This document shows, one piece after another, positions 25,501 to 34,742 of a DNA stretch of 34,742 nucleotides (the stretch's first letter is position 1; every line of letters begins with the position of its first letter). Under the pieces are notes generated by a model. That model was given only the letters and a program-made list of their open reading frames with translations, was not told where the DNA came from and ran no database searches. This stretch comes from Reclinomonas americana ATCC 50394 (Eukaryota): the NCBI GenBank assembly GCA_048213135.1, contig PS015490.1, positions 24,622 through 59,363 of the forward strand, in the 5' to 3' direction. A program made the position numbers and the translations under genes.

Positions 25501-28269
25501 GCCATCGATGCGAACTGTTGCCAGTCCTACTCCTACACTATTGTCGGCGGCGCTGATATGGTTTGCGCAGCGCATTGCCATTCTCTGAATCCATGGGGAG
25601 AGTGTACTGACACAGGCATGCAGGACAAGTTTGTGATCACAGGCAGCGAGCTGCGCAGCAAGGTGGACGGTTTGCGTGGCAGCGGCCTCAAGGTCGACGT
25701 GTCAGTGAATGACGGACTCGGTGGACAAGTTGTGGCCACTCTCATAGTGGACGAAAGTGAGTGTGGAGTGAGTGATGCAACTGTTCATGGTCGGAAATCA
25801 CTTACGCTTCATACTGCTGCTGCAGCACCGCCGCCACCACCAACCGTGGTGCTGGTTCCTGGCGTGGCTGCGGCACCGCCAACGGGCACGTCTGCTACGG
25901 CAGTGGTGTATGCCAACTCTGGCAACTCCGTCACATGGACTGCAGAGGCTGCGGCAAGTGACAAGGTCAACGTCGAACTGTGGATCTCGAATGGAGGTGA
26001 GTGTCAGAAGAGGAGGGGCGAGGTGAGTGTGTGCTGCTTGTGCCTGACGCGGTATCACAAAAGGCGGCATGTTTACGAAGCAGTCGACACTGGCCGCTGC
26101 GATCGACAAGAACTTGTCGTCTGCGGCGCTGGATTCCACGCTCAAGGGGCTGCGCGGACAGGTCTCTAGTGACACTTCACTGCGTGTGGTCGTGACGGAT
26201 TCTGCGTCGTCCAACGTGGTCGGCACCACTGACACATTCCTGCTGCACTGTTGCGTCGAGCAGCAGAGGATGGCTGGGGGAGTGTGCATTTCTTACTGAG
26301 AGTGCTTGTCGGTTGCAGTCCCACGTGTGGCCAGTGCCGTCGCCTCTGCGGCCACCAACAGCACCGTGACCACTGTTTCCAAGCGTGATCCGGTGGATGT
26401 CAGCTGGATGTGCGACGCACCGGCGCGCGTCGCCAACTTTACCATTACGGTGAGCACGCGTCTCGCTTTCTTTATTGGTGTGCATCGCTCTTTGCTTGTT
26501 GCTTAATGGCCGTGCCTCTTTCTGCCCGCAGTTGCAACAACGAACAACTACCAGCTCGGGCGAGTTCGTTTCCGACGTGGCGCAAGTGGCCTCGGGCGTG
26601 TCGGGCTCCTGTGCCGTCCTGTCGGGAACGACCATTACACGGAATCGACCTATTCCCGACGAGTGGCGCTCACTGACCGGAAGCAACACGCACAGGCTCA
26701 CACTTTCGGAGATTGCGCGTCTGCCAACTCTCTCCAGCAACGTTGACTACCTGTACACGGTGTCGCCAACAGACGACGACCCGTCGCTGTATGACGTGCA
26801 GTCGACTGGCACATTCCGAATCACGGGTCTGTCGATCACAACATGTGTCGACACACACGAAAGCACTGCCGACTGACTACTGCTTCTGTCCTCTTCACAG
26901 ATGGCAGTGGCTCGGGTTCAGGGACGAGTAGCACTCTCAGCGCATCCTCGTGCCCGTCGTCGCTGTTCTGCTGGTACTGGTTGGCGCTGATTGGCGTCGC
27001 TGGCGCCTGTGCGCTGATGACGCTGTTGTGCTGGTGCCTGTTTGCGGGTTATCGGCGCCGCCGACAACCGTCGCGCGACAAGGGCGCTCTGCGCACCGTA
27101 TCGTTTTGCGCCTTCCTGTTCTCGCCGCGACTGTGGTGTGCGGGCACCGGTGTCGCCAAGTCGTCGCTGGCGAGCACAGCCAAGCCGGCTGCTGCTGCTG
27201 CTTCTGTACCTTCTCCTGCGAAGTCGGCTCTCGCCGATTCGCAATCTGCCTCGTGGACGCCACCGCAACTCACCACGATCGACATGCCGTACATGGGTGA
27301 TGTGCCGGTCGACGCGCCGTTGGTGAGCGTTTTCAATCCGCTGCATCTCAACGGACCTCCACCACGGCGCCAGCAGCACAGCATGGTTGACGATGACGAG
27401 CAAGGCTCTTCCAGTGCTCGTGTGCAGTCGACATCCGTGTCGTCGGTGCAAGTCGATTTTGATGACGAGGGTGCGCCGGCCGTCGAGTACGTGGAACCAG
27501 CACCGCCAGCTCCGCAGTTCAAGTGGGACAAGTACCGTGGCGTTGGCAGCATGCTTTTGCGGCCGCCACCGCCACCGCCTGTTGCCGGCTCACAAGTGCC
27601 CATGGTGCCATTGCGCGCGACGACGCCCACCGCATCGCCGCGCTCGGTCACCATCCCCATGTTGAGGCTGCCGCTGGCAGGCCCCTCGCAGGTGAGAGAA
27701 TAGTGAGATGGAGCGCGATGTGAGACGTGCACTCATTCATCCACGCACTTTCAGCAATCGCCTCCGTCGAGCATCACGCTGCCTCGACAATTCAGTCCGC
27801 AGGTGCGAGATATTTGTCGTTGCCTCGCGATTCCACGTCGACCCTCACCTGGTTGTCTGCACAACTGCAGCCGTTCACGGCTCCCGTCGCTCCGCCACCC
27901 ATGCCTGGGGCTCGTTGGCCCGCTCCACCTATGGTGCCGATGCTGCGCTTGCCGCAGGTGTGTACTATTTTGTCGATGCTGTCCGCATGTTCGATGCATT
28001 CATCACACGCGCGTCATTGTGTTGCAGGGATCGCCGCAGCTGATGCCCATGCGCTCACCACCGCCGCCAGGATTGCCCATGTCCGCCCCGTCCAGCCCGC
28101 GTGCGCATCATGTGATGGCACGTGTGCCCGTCACAGTGCCACCGCTGCAGGTGTGTGTGTGTGTTCGCCACCCGTGCCGTTGTCGTTTTCAGTCATTGAC
28201 ATTGTTCACCACCGCCAGTTGCAGCACCTGTCGCCGCCACCACAATCGTCGCCCCGTAGCGCTCGATGA
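16533..28269 (+). CDS. Giant type I membrane protein: signal peptide, ~20 cadherin-like repeats, two nested PA14 domains, two further beta-rich domains, one TM helix, Pro-rich tail
   Basis: Signal peptide MRRHHVCVLLVIVALCAVWSASTA. The ~93-aa repeats have consensus NxxPTxxxLSxxTYxPP..VIGTLSxxDxN..TYTYSIVGGxDxxxFxIxGxxL..VxVxxxDxxG..FxIxE. PA14-like segments lie at ~16900-17790 and ~18670-19390. TM WYWLALIGVAGACALMTLLCWCLFAG (26972-27049) is followed by YRRRR. More than 40 exons join in frame. Confidence 0.88.
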
Positions 28270-28365
28270 AAAAAATTGCACGCAGCTCAAGCGTGCATGT
28301 AGCTTTTAGTCATTCTGTTGGACATTGTTATTACTTAAAGAAGATCTTGTGTTTGCGTTTACTCT

Positions 28366-31300
28366 CTACTTGAAGGTCGTCTTGGGGGCCTTGGCTAGGT
28401 ACGGCTCGTACCACAACGGAACTCTACTAGCATTAGTGGTGGCTGGATCGTCGGCCAGAGACAAGAGGAAGGACTCCATGTTGCCTCGTTCGTGCAGCTC
28501 GGCGTGCTTGACCGGCACATGTTTGATCAGCCATTTCACAGATTGGACCATGAAGGCACCTGCGCGGATACGAGTCAACAACTGGAGAAAGAAACACACA
28601 CAACTCGAGCGATACTCACCGGCCAGTTGGCGCCGTTCCGACACTGAATTGGTGCGCACTTCTTCCTCCAACGCCGGCGCCTGCCATATCATTTGATACA
28701 GTGCAGCCGAATTCTGAGAGGATGGGGAGAAAGACATGCAGGTGAGCAAGAGTGCGTCAGAGAGGGCAGAGTGCGCGGCGGCGGGTGCGCAACTTGCATC
28801 AGCACCGGAAGCGAGTCGGGAGCCACTGTCGGCGACACGGCCAATTGCGACATCTGTGTGCGCCCACTCGGTTAGTTTCACGACATCGCACGTGGGGAAG
28901 AGTCACAGAAAACAAACAACTCACCAAATGATTCTTGCACGCCTCCAGCAGCGGTTCCAGCTCCTCGCGGTAGTCTGTCTCGCAATGAGTAACTCACTCG
29001 GAGGAACTCACGCAGGAAAAAACAGCCAGACCCTCAAACACTTCGTCTGCGTGTGCGAGCCAGTGTGCCAACCACTTGTCGGTAGCCTCCAGGTACGCCG
29101 ACAGCATGGAGTACTCCCACGTACTGTTGTTGTACTTGTGCAGATCCATCGGCACAAAGCCAGTGGGCGACAACGTGGTCAGCGGATGCAGAGAATCCTT
29201 GCACGCCAGCCACCAGTCGCTCTCTGGCGGCGGCTCTGCGTCGCGCGTGAACAGCTTTTGCGTCAGACCAAAGTCGACGATGCGGAAGCGAGACTCGATT
29301 TCCTTGTCGTCATCAACTGGTACCCGTGGGAGCACAGTGAGACGAATGCAATCCACGGGTGCCGACAAAACATACAGTCATCGACGCACCACCGTGGCGC
29401 GTGACGTAGATTTCGGGGAAGCGCTTGCTGTTTGCCACCAGCACGTCCAGCACATTCGCGCCGACATCTTCGTCCCACTCGGGCAGCTGCGGGAACACCA
29501 AGTCGGGATACATGTGACTCAGTTGCCGCACATACCACCCGTGTCGAAGGAGTTCCTGCACCGGACGCGCAGATTAGGGAGTGTGGGGTGATACGTGCAC
29601 TGGGTGATAGTCAACGTACATAGTCAATGATTTTTACGTCGCTGCGATGACCGAGGACGAACTGCACGTAGCGGAGGACGTAGCAGTACACATCGCCCTG
29701 TTTGTGCGCACGGAGCAAAGTGAGCATGAGCAGACAATGAGAGCAAGAGCGAGGGGGAAGCAGCAGGAATCAGACGGGCCTTGCTGAGGAGAATGGCATT
29801 GGCCGGCAGCGGACGCAACACTTCCTCGCCGTAGCGCTGGAGGAAATCGTTGTTGGACTACACACAATCACACATCATCATCAGCTGCAGCGACACCAGC
29901 GACGAATGCCACCCAGAGACTCTCTCACCAGATCGGCCGCGGGGTAGCGATACACCACCACTGCAAGCACGGCGACGAGGAGAATGAGCCGTGCAGCACG
30001 AGAAGCACGGCGGGTACCGATGCGACCCAAGGCCACGGACACGGCGTGGATGCCAATGGCACTGAGGACGGCCATCAGCAGGTCGGCTTGCATCCAGAAG
30101 CGGCTGGACACGGCGGCCACTGCGAGAACGATGAGCGTGGGCAGAGAGAGAGAGAAAAGCAGAGATCATGGAGAAAAAACGCAACACAGTGGATCCTCCA
30201 GCGACAGATTGGCGAGACTGTGGAACACCACAACGTACAGGGCCAAACTCAGCAGGAACGGCGGCAGCACCAGCCGCGCGACACCATGAGTGAACGTTTC
30301 CTCTTCCTCGCCGGCCGCAGCTGCCGCCTTTTTCTCGGCATCCTTTTGTCACGGTGAGACGCGACAGTGTACACACACACACACACACGCATACACATGG
30401 TGGCATGCAACAATACCTGCGACTTGCGTTGCGACGAGCGTCCTTGCTGTGCGTCACGCACACTGGACCACAACCCGTAGCCGGCGCCGACAATGAGCAG
30501 GAACGGACCCAGATAGAGCGTGAATTGCAGTGTGTGCCGGAAGTACGCCGTCAGACCGATCAACAAGTTGGGCTTGGCATCGACGGCGGCCAGCTGGAAC
30601 GTGCCATAGTCGGAGCGCAGCAGGTGGCGCACAAAGCCGACAAGTGTATTCTGTTCGCCTGTCAGAACCCAGCAGTCAGCAACAACCATTACTGCTATTC
30701 TCCTGTCAGCATCGTCGCGCACGCAACCCCATGAGTGTGGCGGTGAGTTTGACGCCGCAAGCGGCAGATACAGGTACGGCAGCATGCCCACGGCGACAAG
30801 CACGATCAGCGTCGGCACGGTGCTGAAGGGCGCTCGTCGCAGCCGCGCACGCAAGCACCACAGCGTCCACAGCGCCAGCGGCACAATGTACAACACCGAC
30901 GTGTGCTGATTGGTGAGCGCCAAGCCCGACACCAACGCGCCCCACTTTGCCGCACTCCACACAACATCCTCACGAGCGGCGAGCGACGCCCGCGCCACAT
31001 ACGTGACCAGCAGCAGCAGCAGCGCCACAAACACATGATTGAGCGCAAACACCTCAAACACCACCGCGTGCGTCCACACCAGCGGACTCGCCGCAAAGAG
31101 CGTCGATGCCACAATCGACGCCACTGCATCGCCGCCCGTCACCAGCAAGCACACGCGACACAGCAGCGCAGCCGCCACCGCACCCAGCATTGCATTGAAG
31201 AGATTGGCGGCAAAGGCCACAGAGGTCTCGCGGATCGGAAGCCACGAAGTCACCACGCGAAGAAGCAGAGTCGCAGTCGGATAGCCGGGAGGATGAGCGA

Positions 31301-31673
31301 CCGCACCCGCAGACGCTGTCCAATCACTCAGCACGCGGAAATGCAATGCACACACACTCACTTCTCCTCTGCCTCTCTCTCTCACACACACACTCACACA
31401 CTCACCTGCAACAATGAACTCGCCACTGTCGCCTCCACCAACTGTGCGCTGCGTCGTGCATGCATACACAAGCGCAACAACAGCGCCCACCAGCAGCGCC
31501 CATTGCCAGCGAGAGGCCAGCGAGGCCGTGTGACCTGTGCTCACACTGGGAACACCGCCACGCATGTGAGAAGAGAGAAGAGAGTGAGTAGGGCCGAGTA
31601 GAGATTGGCAGTCCAATCCATTGATCGTGCGTTGCGTTACGTTTTGTGTTTGACGAAGCAGGTGAGCGCGCAT
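28366..31673 (-). CDS. TMEM260: TMEM260/DUF2723-family GT-C protein O-mannosyltransferase; start codon uncertain (31565, 31673 or further upstream)
   Basis: Family hallmarks GGDSGE, VAHPPGYP, EVFALN, GLALTNQHT, PYLYLP, HLLRSDYGTF and LPANAILLSKGD..LRYVQ, plus many hydrophobic helices. Confidence 0.88.
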
Positions 31674-31854
31674 CGCAGCACAGAGAGACACTCGCACACA
31701 GAGAGCAGAGGCACACACGCTGGCTGTGTTTGCGCGTGCGCTGACCAAGTGTGCGTGACATTGCGCAGTTTTTCCTTGTTGCGATGGCGGACTTTTCGAC
31801 TGTTGCGTCTCTCTCTCTCACACACACACGCACGCGTGTGTGTTATGTAAGCTC

Positions 31855-32529
31855 ATGAGTGTGGCGATGTGGCAGGGCCTGTGCGAGTGCTTCAGTGACA
31901 GGGGATCGTGAGTGTATGATTTTCCGCATCGCATCATCGCATTATCATCGTCATTGTTGTGTTTTGTTGTCGTGCACAGCTGCTGCTTTGGCGTTGCGTT
32001 TTCTTATGTAAACTGCGATGTAGAGAGAATGCTCATGTGAGTTCTCGCAGTGCTTCTGCTTTTGCCTGAGCATTGGCGACTCGGCAGGTGCGATTGATGG
32101 AAGCCCGGGCATGGACTGGCTGGTTTGTGACGTACACACTATGTGGGAAGCTGTGAGAGGGACTCACACTGTTTGTGTATAGTGGTGCTGCGTTGGGTGC
32201 TTCTGCCCGCCGATTGGCGACTGCCACAACCGCCGTGAGCTGCGTCAGCGCATGAAGTACGATATGGTTGGTCGTTTCCTTCCTTCCTCTCCTTCCCCTC
32301 TCCTGTGCTCCGTTGCTGAGCGTCTGCTGGTGTAGGACAACTGCATGGACTGCCTCAAGTCGTTCTTCTGCACATGCTGCTCGATTACGCAGGTATGTTA
32401 TCTCTGCTCGTCATCGCACGCGCATATCAGAACACCCATCGCTTGTGGGCTTTGCAGGTGGCACGCGAGGTCAAGCAGAAGGACATTCGCACGGTGGTCG
32501 GCGAGCGCGCGTACGGCGGTAACAAGTGA
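31855..32529 (+). CDS. PLAC8/cornifelin-family cysteine-rich protein
   Basis: Six exons give MSVAMWQGLCECFSDRGSCCFGCFCFC ... NRRELRQR ... DCLKSFFCTCCSITQVAREVK. The stop at 32529 overlaps a possible donor, so the 3' end is slightly uncertain. Confidence 0.88.
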
Positions 32530-32661
32530 GCGGTGTCTCACTTGTCCTCTGCATTGCCGAGCCAACTGGGTGCGAGTACGATTTAACATATGAACGTGGT
32601 GGCAAGCAGAGCGAATGTGTGGGCTACTGTGTGTTTTCATTCACGCACAACGCACTCTCCC

Positions 32662-34252
32662 TCATTTGTCGGTCTGCACGTTGTTGTCCAGCTGGCGGAA
32701 ATGCGAGAAGAACGCGATCATGAAATCGCGATAGTACTTCACATCTTCCACGCCGCACATTTCGCGAATGCTGCAGGATTGCGCGCAGTGAGAGAGCCAA
32801 CCCAGCTTTTCTTTCTCTGCACGCTTTCTCACCTGTGCATCGACAGCTGCGGCACGCCAATGTCCACCGTGCGCACGCTCGTGTTGGTCGACAGAATGGG
32901 ACCAATGGTCGAACCGCACGCCATGTCGTTGCGGACGACGAACTCTTGGCACGGAATGTTGACACGGCGGCAAATCTCGTGCACCACGAACGCCGTCAGT
33001 GCATTGGTCGCGTACCGCTGGTTGGCGTTGGTCTTGACGACCACACCCGAGTGGATGTTGGGTCGGTGCTGCGCCTGGTGCTTCTCCCTGTTCGAAAGTG
33101 GGGAGAGGATGAGTGGTATGAAGAAAATTGCTGCTGTTGCTTCCGCAGTGAGCGCAACTGGTAGTTCGGGTGCACACCGTGTGCCATGTCGGCACTGACG
33201 ACAAAGCTGCGTGCGAGACTCGACTCCACAAAGTCCTGCACCGACAAGTCAGCACGAGAACGTAACACAGACGATGGTAAGAAGCGCACCGCCGGCACAT
33301 TCTTGACATTCTCGCGCACGACCTCGTTGAAGCGATTGAAAAAGTCCTGCGCATGCACGACAAGGGTGAGTGCATTGTTGAGAGCACCTGGTTTCCTCCC
33401 ACCAACATCGCCTCACCTTCAACAACGACGACGCGGCGCCTGCAGCACTTGAACTGCCGACCTCCTCATTGTCGAACAGCGCCACCACGTGCACATCGGT
33501 CGACGAGGCCAGCGACTTGGCCACCTCGTCCGACGCCAGAGCCTGCGAGCAAGCAGCACAGTGAACGAATGTACGGTGAGTCGCGCACGCTCCGTCTGCA
33601 ACAACGCACCTCAATGGCACAGAAAGACGACAGGAGATTGTCGAGACGGGGCGAAAAGATCCATTCCTCCAGCGCACCGCCAATCACGGCGGGCTGGGTA
33701 TCGCACACGTCCAACTCAAAGTCACGAATGTTCTTGGCTGATGGGTGCCCCACGTCAGCAGTCACACGAGAACAGTTCATGGGTTCACATCACTCTCACC
33801 GTCAACGTTCAACTCGCGCGCCAGCAACTCCAACAGCAGTCCGTGATGCGCCGCAGTGCCCGAATCCGCCGGCTTGCCAGCCAGTCGACTGTCGCACGAA
33901 CAAACAAGAGGGGAAGTGACACATGAGTGAAACCATGAAGATCAGACACAGCCTCTATCAACTGTACGCAACGCCTGCATCTCCGACGCCAGCACCGGGA
34001 TGAGGTTGCCCTCCTTGTTGTACTTGAAGTTCTCCGTGGCCTCACGATCCAGATGGATAGCAAGGCTCGGGATTCGCATAATCGGCCGCTTGATGTGCAC
34101 CAGACGCGACTCAAACTTGCCCTCGGTCTCCACCAACACGCGACCGCCCAGCGTCAGATCGCTACACACGCGCACACGATTGAAAATGGATGAGGAAGAA
34201 GAGGCGTAGAAGCCACGCTGAGCCGTGAACTCACCGATCGAACCACGTGTGC
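32662..34252 (-). CDS. DNPEP: Aspartyl aminopeptidase, peptidase family M18; 5' part missing beyond the contig end
   Basis: [71 protein letters not shown] and QLSMHSIREMCG. Confidence 0.95.
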
Positions 34253-34524
34253 CTGCAGCATGCAACGGGGCAGTGAGCAGATGCGGAAGGGTGACATGCA
34301 GACTCTTTCTTTCTCGCGTGAGAGTGAGATAGAGAGCGAAACGGAAAGGCTGTCATGCACCGTTCTCCTTCTCGTGAAAGAGAGAGAGAGAGAGTGAGCA
34401 GAAACGGGAAGGTAGACATGTTCCTTCTTTCTTTCTCTTGAGAGAGAGCAGCACAGCAAGGCTGTCATGCAATCTATTTCTCGTGTGAGAGGGGGAGAGA
34501 GAGAGATAGACAGACAGAGAGACG

Positions 34525-34742
<218 letters not shown>

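Noticed and set aside
16533-28269. Calling the giant gene a classical cadherin or protocadherin orthologue
   Set aside because: It lacks LDRE/DxNDN calcium motifs and any recognisable catenin-binding tail, so only fold-level similarity is supportable.

Overview
Gene-dense, intron-rich eukaryotic (probably protist) nuclear contig using the standard genetic code. The ORF track is mostly misleading because the genes are split by many short (mostly ~55-110 nt) spliceosomal introns. By splicing by eye I reconstruct 12 protein-coding genes: an RNI-like LRR protein (3' truncated), an LRRC57/PIRL7-like LRR protein, a signal-peptide protein with a SIL1-like motif, a large nuclear-looking hypothetical protein, a mitochondrial 3-hydroxyacyl/butyryl-CoA dehydrogenase, the complex I 24 kDa subunit, a mitochondrial type I DnaJ, a PH-domain protein, an ~11.7 kb gene for a single-pass surface protein, a TMEM260/DUF2723 mannosyltransferase, a PLAC8-family protein and an M18 aspartyl aminopeptidase (5' truncated). 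The surface protein has about 20 cadherin-like repeats and two PA14 domains nested inside repeats. Two observations stand out. (1) An abundant class of atypical 5' splice sites, GTTG(A/C)G(T/C), which is the normal donor shifted by one base and usually lacks exonic -1 G; many are forced by conserved protein motifs. (2) The modular cadherin-like/PA14 receptor, built from symmetric phase-1 exons and lying tail-to-tail with a TMEM260-type O-mannosyltransferase. The contig ends are microsatellites followed by TACG-type noise. All exon boundaries are manual inferences without transcript data.
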